From Bdellovibrionales bacterium (lineage in GTDB: Bacteria > Bdellovibrionota > Bdellovibrionia > Bdellovibrionales > UBA1609): a stretch of DNA of 64,000 nucleotides. Numbering within the stretch: the first letter of the stretch is position 1; each line of letters begins with the position of its first letter. The stretch lies in assembly GCA_965261545.1 (NCBI GenBank), contig CBDHDF010000002.1, forward strand, positions 643,016 to 707,015, given 5' to 3'. Shown here in pieces: positions 42,285 to 52,400 of this stretch. The position numbers were made by a program, and so were the translations under genes. The notes beneath the pieces were generated by a model. The model was given only the letters and a program-made list of their open reading frames with translations. It was not told where the DNA came from and searched no databases.

Positions 42285-43661
42285 ATGAGTTGGTTTGTGA
42301 AATGGAAATGGCGAAGAAATGCATGGATTTCGCCTCGCTTTGGTCAACTTGGTCCACGGGGTTCTATGAACTCCATGGGTATGACGTGGCAAGTTCTTCA
42401 TCATTACCTTTTTTCTCCGCGAGCAGGTGCTTTTATTAAAATCATGGCATGGCTTTGCATGGGTGGTGTGGGCATCGGAGTGGGGGCATTGACCATTGTG
42501 ATGTCAGTGATGAATGGTTTTACCGATACCATGCAAGAAAGTCTTCTGTGGACAGAACCTCATATTGTGGTTCGTGGGGGAGGGACCCTTGAAAGTATAC
42601 AAAAAAAGCTTAGTTCATTGAATATAGAGGACGTCTATCCATTTGAGCAACAGGACGTCATTGTGCGTACAGTGGAGGGGGAGTTCAGTGGAGCAGTGGC
42701 TAAGGGCATAGGGTTCTTACCTTTGAAGCGGTTTCTTCGGAGAATGGAGAAGGCGACGGGTCGTCATCAAGTAGATTCAGTGGATAAAGCAGATCTGGTG
42801 AATGAAGTAGACCAAGTGAATGAAGTAGACCAAGTGAATAAAGTGGATATGGTGAATCAAGGGGATGTGAGTCAGGTAGATAAGTTCCAGGTTCTTATTG
42901 GTCGAGAGCTTGCAAGGTCTTTGGATATTTTTGATGGAGATTCCATAACATTAATTCCCCCAGAGGCCCTAGTGCTTCCTAAGGATGCGTTGCCTATGCT
43001 GGAAATATTGGAGGTGAAAGCCGTATTATCCACAAGGGTTCAGGCTTTTGATAGTCAAACAATACTTTACAACAAGAGTCACACCTTAAGGTCTTTTGTC
43101 AATACGTCGAGTTTTGAAAGGGGTTTTGAAATTTGGCTGGAAGATCCTTTGCAAGCGGTCGAGGCCAAGCTCCTACTAAGTGGAGAAGGAAAAGTTGAAA
43201 CCTGGGAAGATCGAAATCGAGCTTTACTTTGGGCTCTGCGTTTGGAAAAAACAGCTATGAGTATTTTATTGAGTTTGGGGGCTTTGATTGCTTCTTTTTC
43301 CATTGTGACTGTGCTTGCACTTTTGCTCACCCAGAAGAAAATTGATATTGGCCTGATGATGGCTATGGGCATGTCTCGTTCGCAAACAAAATGGATGTTT
43401 ATGAAAATAGGTATGTTGCTATCTATGATGGGTATGGGCTCAGGGTTGGCAGTGGGTGTGCTTGTGAGTGCTTTCTTTGCCTTCACTTCGTTTGAAATAC
43501 TCCCCTCAGAGATTTATTATGAATCCACGCTTCCCTCTGAGATTAGTCTTGCACACTTGGCTGTGATTTTTCTGGGTTCTCTGATTATTGCTTTTTTTGC
43601 ATCTTGGCTTCCTGTGAGGTCTTATATTGGCAAGAGCATTTCGACCATATTGAGGAGTTAG
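42285..43661 (+). CDS. lolE: Lipoprotein-releasing ABC permease (LolC/E family)
   Basis: GIGVGALTIVMSVMNGF, EPHI, W..RN..L..ALRLEK; internal VNEVDQ repeat. Confidence 0.85.
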   Translation: MSWFVKWKWRRNAWISPRFGQLGPRGSMNSMGMTWQVLHHYLFSPRAGAFIKIMAWLCMGGVGIGVGALTIVMSVMNGFTDTMQESLLWTEPHIVVRGGGTLESIQKKLSSLNIEDVYPFEQQDVIVRTVEGEFSGAVAKGIGFLPLKRFLRRMEKATGRHQVDSVDKADLVNEVDQVNEVDQVNKVDMVNQGDVSQVDKFQVLIGRELARSLDIFDGDSITLIPPEALVLPKDALPMLEILEVKAVLSTRVQAFDSQTILYNKSHTLRSFVNTSSFERGFEIWLEDPLQAVEAKLLLSGEGKVETWEDRNRALLWALRLEKTAMSILLSLGALIASFSIVTVLALLLTQKKIDIGLMMAMGMSRSQTKWMFMKIGMLLSMMGMGSGLAVGVLVSAFFAFTSFEILPSEIYYESTLPSEISLAHLAVIFLGSLIIAFFASWLPVRSYIGKSISTILRS

Positions 43662-43675
43662 CATATTGAGGAGTT

Positions 43676-43940
43676 GGAAGGGAGAAGAAGGTTTCAATAG
43701 GTGCTTGTCCGGGCGCACTCCACCAATACATTGTCGGTCTCATGATGGTATCATGGCTATCTGTGTGCCACTTAAAGATCTTTCAGGGATTAATTTGCGA
43801 AACGAAGTGTTTCACAATAAAACAAGTTACGAATAAACTCGAAGTTAACCTCTCATGGGGTCCACCTCACTAAACGGGGACTTACGTCCGGAAAACATAC
43901 CTAGATCGGCGGCACTTCCATAGGTGGACCCATTTTTTTG
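43676..43940 (+). ncRNA. Candidate structured RNA (6S-like long hairpin, or alternative terminator fold); strand uncertain
   Basis: 43698-43721 is complementary, with G-U pairs, to 43878-43903; GGGTCCACCT (43858-67) pairs with AGGTGGACCC (43922-31), followed by a T-run; no ORF. Confidence 0.4.
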
Positions 43941-43979
43941 TTGAGAAAGCGGATATACCCCAAAAAATCATCTTAATCT

Positions 43980-44006
43980 TCAAGCCCTTTCTGAACATGC
44001 CGATAC
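43980..44006 (+). promoter_or_regulatory. Putative sigma-28 promoter for spoVG
   Basis: TCAA-N15-GCCGATAC. Confidence 0.65.
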
Positions 44007-44093
44007 AATCTTAGTGTGATGACATATGATTTCTTCACTCTATATCCTATAAATATAAAGAAACTAAGTAAATAAGCCATGGAGGAGAGTTTA

Positions 44094-44381
44094 ATGAAAA
44101 TAACTGCTATTGATGTTGTTCCAATCAATCAAGATCGTTTGAAGGCCTATGTTTCCATAACTATTGAGAATAGTTTTGTTGTCAGAGATTTGAAGATTAT
44201 TCGTGGAAACGGTGGGTTATTTGTTGCCATGCCTAGCCGGAGAAAAAAAAATGGGCAGTTTAAAGATATTGCCCATCCCCTCGATCAAGAAACTCGAAGC
44301 CAAATTGAAAAAGCTATCTTTGAGGTTTATAAAGGAGCGATTCATGTAGAGGACTCTTCTTACATGGGCAATACTGGTTAA
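44094..44381 (+). CDS. spoVG: SpoVG family nucleic-acid-binding protein
   Basis: MKIT..LKAYVSIT..FVVRDLKII.G..GLFVAMPSR..FKDIAHP; GGAGGAG RBS. Confidence 0.95.
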   Translation: MKITAIDVVPINQDRLKAYVSITIENSFVVRDLKIIRGNGGLFVAMPSRRKKNGQFKDIAHPLDQETRSQIEKAIFEVYKGAIHVEDSSYMGNTG

Positions 44382-44460
44382 TTTCACTTAGCAGTATGAA
44401 AAAATAAAGTAACAACTGCTCACACTCATTTGATGTAATATCAGGTGTGTGTTGTGGTGC

Positions 44461-45965
44461 CTAAATGGGCTGGCACCTTAAGGGGAGTTGTTCAAAGGCT
44501 AAGGGTTCTGACTCGCCCTTCACTGTATAAACTCGAAGAGAATTGGTTTTTTTTTTTCTGGAACAGGGACGCCGAGGGTGAGTATCACTCGGTCTCCTTG
44601 CTTGACAAGGCCATAGTGCAAGAGCAAAGACTCCATCTGAGTTATAGCCTCATCCGTGGAGTTATAGGGGGCTATCTTAAAAGTTTGTATCCCCCAGGAC
44701 AATTCCAATCTGTTTAAAGTATCTTCGAGATGAGTCATAGCAATGATACGAGATCGAGGTCGGAAGCCAGAAATTAAAGTGGCTGTTCGTCCCGTAGTTG
44801 TTAAACAAACAATGGCTGCGGCCTGTAAATGAAGGGCTGAAAGGCAAGCGCTGGCACCAATGGCCTCAGGAATATTCACAAACTCCCGGTTCAAAGATAT
44901 TTCGTAATAAGCTCTCTCGTTCTTTTCCACTTCTAAAATAATGTCATGCATGGTGCGAATGCACTTGAAGGGATGACGACCACTGGCGGTTTCGGCAGAG
45001 AGCATCAGAGCATCCGAACCATCAATGACGGCATTGGCAATATCCGTGATTTCAGCCCTTGTGGGACGAGGATTTTCTACCATGCTATCAAGCATTTGGG
45101 TGGCCGTAATGACAGGACAGCCCACATTGTTACACAGCTTAATAATTCTCTTTTGAAGACCCGGCAGTTGGCTCTGCCCCACCTCTACGGATAAATCCCC
45201 CCGGGCCACCATCACGGCATCACTTAAAACCACAATCTCTTCGAGATTTTCAATGGCTTCCAACATCTCAATTTTGGCCACAATTTTTATACTTGGATTT
45301 TTAGATTGAACGATCTCTCGAACCTTGCGGATATCATCACCACAACGAACAAAACTCAGGGCCACATAATCCACATTATTTTCAAGTCCAAAGTTTAAAT
45401 CCGCCAAATCCTTTGATGTTAAGCAATCAACAGGCAGTGAAACCCCCGGTAAATTGATGCCCTTTCTCGATTTTAAAGTTCCACCAAAAATGACCTCGCA
45501 ATGAACTTCATGCCCTATTACCTTCACCACTCGAAGTTCCAACAAGCCATCGTCTAAGAAAATCTTAGTGCCAGTCTTGCAACAATTTGGAAGTTTTTTG
45601 AAATCAGAGGATATACGATGGCAAGTGCCCAACCCGCTTTTATCTTTGGTCTCTTTGATTCCTTTGGTGTCTTCGGTGGTGATAATGAGTGAACTCCCAG
45701 ACTTAAGTTCCACTTGCCCCTTTTCCATCAAGCCCACACGAATTTTAGGACCCTGGAGATCTTGTAAGATAGCCACAGGAGCCTTAAGCTCCCTGGAAAG
45801 CTCTCTGAGGTGATTTAAAACAGATTGGTGTTCCCCATGGTCTCCATGGGAAAAATTAAGCCTGGCCACATTCATACCCGATTCAATGGCTTTTCTCAGA
45901 TTTTCTTTAGATGATGTGGAAGGACCAATGGTAGACACAATCTTCGCTCTTCGATGGGATAGCAT
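44461..45965 (-). CDS. pyk: Pyruvate kinase with an apparent frameshift in an A11 tract near the C-terminus
   Basis: KIVSTIGP, ARLNFSHG, DLQGPKIR, MVARGDL, ATQML, MLSAETA; conserved TN.LRV tail lies in another frame ending at 44461 (annotated frame stops at 44520). Confidence 0.93.
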
Positions 45966-46093
45966 AAAGATATACTAGCAGAAACTTACCCATAAATCAC
46001 CCTATAAGTATTTTGTAACTCTAAATTGCTCGCAGAAGTTCTTCTTCGGCATAGATAGTTTTAACATGTTGAGTGATATTCTGGGGGGTTGTA

Positions 46094-47843
46094 CCTGAAT
46101 TCTACAAAAATGGTAACAAGGATTCTGGCCTAAGGTCCTGACATTGTGAAGCGACGGCTGGGATTAATATTTGTACTTACATTGAACGCCTTCAAAATAT
46201 CTTTTTGCTTTTTTGACACTTCACCAAGTATGGGAGTGCCTGTGGCTAGCTCATACAACTTGAGACGGTCTAATATCTTATAAAGTTCGGCTTTTGTCAT
46301 TTTTTTGTATAGCTCATTTTTCTTCATCACATGATCAACCCATGTAATCAAAATTAAAGAGATAAAATTAATGAAAATACTTCCTCTCATTGCGATCAAC
46401 GAATGTGTCCTATTTCTTTTCTCATCTATGTCATGCTTAAAAGCACGAAAAACCTTTTCTACACAATCTTTTCTTCTATATAATCTTAAAATTTCATCCC
46501 GATCCATTTGAATGTTATTAGTGATGAGAATCAAGCAGCCCATCTTTATCATCTCATCTCGAAAAACATTGAGGTTTCTCTCAATTACAAATTTATTCTC
46601 GGATTCTTCAATGAAAAAAAAATTTTTCTTAGTTTTTAATGTCTCTTTCAAATAAAGAGATGCATCATCCTTACTTGAAAAATTTTTTTCTAAAAAAAGA
46701 TTTTCTAAATCTGATATCTTTCTTATAAAAATAGACTCCTGATCAGACCGCCTCTTACCTTCTAAAAAAACATGAGCCATACAACTTTCACTTCCAATTT
46801 CTATTTCTTTCTTAGAGTAGGAGTATACTTGCTCATAGAAAGCAAATAATGATCCAGGAGATAATAACTTGTCATGCAAGTCAAATAAAATTTCTTTAGA
46901 TTTCTGAGTGCTGAAGCTCATAGGAACTATATAGCTCAAGCCTTGTTTGTTCATATTCTTTATGTTTTCTTGACTATAAAACCCTTTGTCCATCACTAAA
47001 ATATCAAGATTTAACTTATATCTACCCACAAGATCTGTTACATTCCTCAGTGTCGTTACATCCGTAATACTGCCAGGGTATACCCTGTAAGCTAAAGGTA
47101 AGCCTATTGAATTAGTGCTGGAAGCTCGTGCAATCAAACCCAAATTTACTTGTTCTAAATTTTCGCCATCTCTATTGTAACCTCGTTCCAAAAATTCATT
47201 TTTGGACCCATAAGAAGAAATAGATGTAATATCAAATAGGATAGAGCCAGTAGATTTAAGCTCTTTTATCCAATTTGTAAAAAAAATATCTATTTTTTTC
47301 TCGTCTTGACCAATAGAGTGTAAAAGTCTACTAGTTTTGGTCGATCCCATAGAAATTTCTTTGGAAACGTAAGACTCTTCACACCAAGACTTATAAAAAT
47401 AATAAGGCTCTTTCTTTATAATCTTAAAACATGACAAATGAAGAATCTTTTCATATTCCTCAGGAAAAACTTGTTTGACAACTTTAAGTAGTTTGGATTG
47501 TTTACAAATTTCTTTCAGAAAATATAAAGATCCAACAGTATAGGAGCCTATAGGGACTTTTTTCTTTTTAGTTTTAATCTCACCGCTGACCTCATCTTTA
47601 CGCCCTAAATAGGTTCTTTTTTGGCGAGATTGTTTTTTCTTTGAGTCCCAATAGCCGTGTATCTCATAAACGTAAATTTTACCGTTTCTCTTTTGCTCAT
47701 GTAAATAAGACATTGTTACCAATGGTAACAAGGATTTTGAATTCTTTCAATTCAAAAGAGGTCTGAAACCGCGTTATATTTGTTCTGAAGTCAGATTCTA
47801 GACTTTAGACCTAAACCTTGTTACCATTTTTGTAGAATTCAGG
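46094..47843 (-). mobile_element. IS1634-family insertion sequence (1750 bp)
   Basis: 28-bp perfect IR CCTGAATTCTACAAAAATGGTAACAAGG at 46094-46121 and 47816-47843; 6-bp TSD GTTGTA at 46088-93 and 47844-49. Confidence 0.95.
46130..47713 (-). CDS. IS1634-family transposase
   Basis: YWD..KKQSR..YLG, FDITSISSY, GYNRD, VMDKGFYS, YRRKD.VEK.F..K; ATG at 47713. Confidence 0.92.
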   Translation of the reverse strand: MSYLHEQKRNGKIYVYEIHGYWDSKKKQSRQKRTYLGRKDEVSGEIKTKKKKVPIGSYTVGSLYFLKEICKQSKLLKVVKQVFPEEYEKILHLSCFKIIKKEPYYFYKSWCEESYVSKEISMGSTKTSRLLHSIGQDEKKIDIFFTNWIKELKSTGSILFDITSISSYGSKNEFLERGYNRDGENLEQVNLGLIARASSTNSIGLPLAYRVYPGSITDVTTLRNVTDLVGRYKLNLDILVMDKGFYSQENIKNMNKQGLSYIVPMSFSTQKSKEILFDLHDKLLSPGSLFAFYEQVYSYSKKEIEIGSESCMAHVFLEGKRRSDQESIFIRKISDLENLFLEKNFSSKDDASLYLKETLKTKKNFFFIEESENKFVIERNLNVFRDEMIKMGCLILITNNIQMDRDEILRLYRRKDCVEKVFRAFKHDIDEKRNRTHSLIAMRGSIFINFISLILITWVDHVMKKNELYKKMTKAELYKILDRLKLYELATGTPILGEVSKKQKDILKAFNVSTNINPSRRFTMSGP

Positions 47844-48025
47844 GTTGTATCAAATAGTTTCGCTATTTGGGCTTGGGAAAGCCATATTGTTTGGCTCTCA
47901 TGGTCCAGCTTGATTTCAATTTCAACCTGACCATCATCAGTACGGTAAAGGAGAATTTCACTATTCTCACTCATCATTTTAAGCCTCTCTTAGTCTTTGT
48001 CTTGATTAGGTTTGCTCAATCATGG

Positions 48026-49405
48026 CTAGCTTTTATCCCCCCATCCTATCCGGGATCCTGGAGCCTCGAATGAAAGGTTTTTTGCTGCCTTTTTGTAAGC
48101 ATGGTTGGTCAGGAACTTGCAGATACGCGGGTCAGTTAGGATATGTTTCTTTTTAATCGGCACTTTCAGCCTCATTCCTTCAAATGAGGTACAACGGCTT
48201 AACGCCACGTAGGTTTGACCACTGGCAAAAGTGCCATACCCAAGATCAATGACAACTCGATCAAAGGTTTTTCCCTGGCTTTTATGGATCGTAACGGCCC
48301 ATGCCAGCCGGAAAGGATATTGGGTGAAGCTACCTATAGGTTCTGAAACAATTGCTCCGTTTTTGAGTGAGAATTTATACACCTCCCACGTAAAGGGATA
48401 GACCGATACCCGTTTGTGACTATCATGCAACTGCACACATAGGTATTCTTCACCCCCATCGCGTTTACTAGCTTCAATGATGCCGATACTGCCATTGACC
48501 CAGCGGTTTTTCTGATCGTTATTGAGCAGCATAATTTGCGCACCCACCTTATACCGTAGATCGGTGACAGTGGGATAATACTCTTTGCCCACATCACCGC
48601 ATACCTTGGCCCCATGCTTGTGGAGCCTGCCAGCCAAGGCATTCAACTGAGCCGCATTGATTTCATCGGCTTTCTTGTTGGTTGTGGTCAAGTTGATGGA
48701 GAAATTTTCATTTGCTGATGGGGTTGCATCGGGCGAATGGCGTTGGTTCAGCTCTTCAATATCTCTATCCTCAACTGAATTATTGCGGATTTTATTCAGC
48801 AGGCTGACAAACTGTTCATTCTTCTGACGATAGACAGTTTCAAGTTCTACAACGTCTAGTACTACAGGCTCCAAGGCTTTGGCACTGAAGAAATAAGGCG
48901 TTGCATAATGGTTGCGGAAAATGTTTTGTTCATCACGACTTACCACTGGTGGCAACTGATACAGATCACCGACAAACACCATCTGTATGCCACCAAAAGG
49001 CTGTGATGCATTCGGCCCATACATGCGTAAAAACACATCAATACAATCCAGCATATCCGCTCGCAACATCGACGCTTCATCAATGATAATGGTTTTCAGT
49101 TTTCGATATAGTTTCGGATCGCGCGGGCGCGTGCCTTTGTTACGAATTTTCTCCAGCGTGACATCGATATAAAAGTTGAAAAAACGATGAATGGTTTGCC
49201 CTTTCACATTCAGCGCTGCGACGCCAGTTGGCGCCAACACCACTGGTTTTTTCTTTGTGCTATTGCAGAAATAATCCAGCAGGGTTGATTTGCCTGTTCC
49301 CGCCTTACCGGTGATGAATAGATGCTGCCCATTCTCTTCCAGCAACTGCAGCGCCTGTTTGAATTGTGGGTTTAGGTCCAGTTTCACCTTCGCTTTCACT
49401 TTCAC
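48026..49405 (-). CDS. Pif1/RecD-like SF1B helicase, possibly C-terminally truncated
   Basis: GKAGTGKS, IIDEASM, PFGG.Q..VGDLYQLPPV, AWAVTIHKSQG, QTYVALSR; GTGA overlap with the upstream gene. Confidence 0.9.
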   Translation of the reverse strand: MKVKAKVKLDLNPQFKQALQLLEENGQHLFITGKAGTGKSTLLDYFCNSTKKKPVVLAPTGVAALNVKGQTIHRFFNFYIDVTLEKIRNKGTRPRDPKLYRKLKTIIIDEASMLRADMLDCIDVFLRMYGPNASQPFGGIQMVFVGDLYQLPPVVSRDEQNIFRNHYATPYFFSAKALEPVVLDVVELETVYRQKNEQFVSLLNKIRNNSVEDRDIEELNQRHSPDATPSANENFSINLTTTNKKADEINAAQLNALAGRLHKHGAKVCGDVGKEYYPTVTDLRYKVGAQIMLLNNDQKNRWVNGSIGIIEASKRDGGEEYLCVQLHDSHKRVSVYPFTWEVYKFSLKNGAIVSEPIGSFTQYPFRLAWAVTIHKSQGKTFDRVVIDLGYGTFASGQTYVALSRCTSFEGMRLKVPIKKKHILTDPRICKFLTNHAYKKAAKNLSFEAPGSRIGWGDKS

Positions 49406-52400
49406 CTGACCTCCATAACAGTGTTCATAACAGTGTGTTGTGCATACTCATCCAAGCAGCAGAAGGTGTTGACCAGTTTCATCTGTTCGACTGTGTTGCA
49501 AGGGGTTTCCAGCAGCTTTGGATTGGCGACGACAACGGCCAGACATTGTGCGCGGGAGATTGCAACATTCAGTCGGTTTTTACTGTACAGGAATTCGATG
49601 TTACGGGGTAGGTCTTTGGCGCTGGATGTAACCATGGAGATCAGCACAATCGGTGCTTCTTGTCCTTGGAATTTATCAACTGTTCCAATCTTGGCGGTGT
49701 CTGGCAGGATGGAGCGTAGGTAGTTCACCTGTACGTTATAGGGTGTGACCACCAGAATATCGTCTTCGGTGATTGGGTGGGTGGTGCCGTCTCGATCGGT
49801 AAAGGGCTGGCCAAGCAATGCCTGATATTTCGCTTTGATGATTTCACCTTCTTCCACGCTCTTTTGTGAGCAGCCCTCATGGTCCGACGGGATCATCACA
49901 ATGCCCTCATTGGGCAGGTCAATACCTTGTTGTTGCAGGTTAAGACTGCGTTCAGAGGTGCTTTCATGAGCCGTTAGGCGGCCATCATAGAAAACATTGG
50001 AAATAAATTGGCAGATACTCGGACACATGCGTCGTGTTTTCTCAAGAAAAATTCCTCGTTCGGCAGGAATGGTTGAATGATCACCTAGGAGAAACTCCAA
50101 CACCGATAATCCAGCCTCCCCCGGATGGATGCCTTGAATGGGCTGGCCCAGTTGCATCTGGTCGCCTACCAAAATAATGTTCTTGGTGGACGTTGCCATT
50201 GCCACAACATTGGCGGTGGCAACTTGTCCAGCCTCGTCAATGAACAGGTAGTCCAGTTGACCATCAAAATGCGGATTGGCGAAAGTCCAAGCCGTCCCAG
50301 CAAACAGATCTGCATCGAGGCTCATATCCTCAGTCTTGGTCTTCGAAAGGATGAATGAACCATCATAGAAGGTTTCCCTATTACCACCGCTGGCTTTCTT
50401 CAGCCCGTGGAAATGGACGTCTTTTTCAGCGGCGATACTTTCAACTTTTTTTAGCAAGTTATGAATGGCCTTGTGGGAGTTGGACGTGATACCGATTTTC
50501 TTCCTACGCTTGATCAAGTCCACAATGATATGGCTGCTGGTATAGGTCTTCCCAGCACCCGGAGGACCTTGGATAAAGAGATAGCTGTGATCCAACGCTG
50601 CGATCGCCTTTAATGCATCATCTTGTAAATCATCGGATGTGATGATGTCCTTACCCACCTGCTTGCCTTGGATGCGTGGGATATTTCGTGCCAGCAATTC
50701 TGTGGCAGCATGGGTATTTTCAGGTGCTTCCAGCACATGGTCTGCATAACGATAAATGGCCGCGCGAATGATTTTGCTGTCGATAGGTCCTGGAGGTCCG
50801 ATAGACAGGCTCTCTGGCAGTGGGTCTCTCTTGGCCCCACGCTTGATTTTTACGGTGCCTTCATCAATCTCAGCAATGGTGCCTGCGCTTTCCATGGAAG
50901 CAATGTTAAAAGCTTGCGAACCGACCTTTAGTTTGTATTCCTGTGATGGAAAGCGATAGGTATAAATGAGCGAGCGCTTTTCAGGTTCAGGAGTACCCAT
51001 CTGCTGCAAGCCACCAAGGCATTCGGTGTCATCAATCAACTCATCTTCAAATTTGTTCTGGCGTTCAAAGTGGCTCCACCATTGGGGCTTGGCCTCCCGG
51101 TTATGAAACTCCAGCAAATGGGCAAGACGCTCATTGCTTGGTGGTGGATTCTCTCCAGTGATGCCCAGGCGATTTTGGTAGTCCTCGTACTCGATTTCCC
51201 AATTCTTGCGCTGAAGTTCTTCTTCCTCTGCATGTTCTGGCAAACTCTTAAACCATGGTGCATCATCGGGTTTGAAAGTCAGCAGCCAATCACGCAGTAG
51301 ATGTGTGGATACACAATCCACCTCATTGTAATCGGCAATCTTTTCCAGTAACTCATCTGTGCCGGTTTCGCGCCACTCGTTATAAACAATGATGCTATCG
51401 GCAGCAGTGGCCACCGCATTGTCCCGTTTGCCCATATAGAAGGTTTCAAGATCCTTAATGGAGTAACCAGGCTCAGAGATACGAATGCTCTCGCGGACGA
51501 CCAGATACAGATCGATGAATTTCTGGTTGCGTAACAGGTTGTCCAACTGCTCTTCGCATACGGCATAACGACAGGCCAAGCGTTTGAGTGCCGTCGTCTC
51601 ATAATGATTATAGTGATAAATATGGGCGTGGGGGTGTTCTTTCAGGTGGTTAGCCAGAAACACCATAAAGTGTTTGAAAGTTTCTTTTTCTTCCTTATGG
51701 TTATGCGCCCAGAATGGCTTGAAAATCTTTTCGCCGCTCTTTTTGCTACTTTTGAGATAGTAGACCCCAAACAGATATTCCAAGCCGTTTGGATAGAGCG
51801 GATCACCCTCCATATCAAAGAACAGGTCACCATCATCCGGCACTGGCATACGAGTGAATCCCTTACCCATTGAAAAAGGAATGATCTCGCACTTGTTTTC
51901 GCCAGTTGTTGCTTTGTGCTGTTGAAGTACCGCCTGAGAATGCAAGCGCAGGAACACATCACGGCTCAAATTAGAGATTTTGGTATCTGGGGAAGTTGTA
52001 GCCAAATCGGCCACCGTCCGTATACCTGCCTTGCGGAGCTTGTCCATTTGTGAGCGCTGGATATTCGCCACAAGGCTGAGATGATTGTCAGCCTCCCACT
52101 GAGCTTTACAGCCATCACGCCACTGGCAGAAATTACAGTGGCCGCAAGGATCAGAATAGGATTCAGTAGGCAAGTTCTGGATATAGTTTTCAAAACGGCC
52201 CTTGGCGCGGGTGTAGTAATAGAAGAAATCAGCCACCCGGAAGCTGTGTTTTTCGCCATCCCCTAAAAACAGATGCATGTTCGCCGGACGCAAATCCTGC
52301 AACTTGGTCAAAATCTCGGAATAGACACACAGTTGCATGATGTTTTTAGGCTCGGCAGTCCGCGCCAGTTTGGTATCCAGAACCTCGTAGCTGAAATTGC

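Larger units (their letters stand above)
46021..47977 (-). pseudogene. RhuM-family gene split by IS1634 and truncated
   Basis: Removing the IS and one TSD copy gives the in-frame reading MMSENSEILLYRTDDGQVEIEIKLDHESQTIWLSQAQIAKLFDTTPQNITQHVKTIYAEEELLRAI*. Confidence 0.8.
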
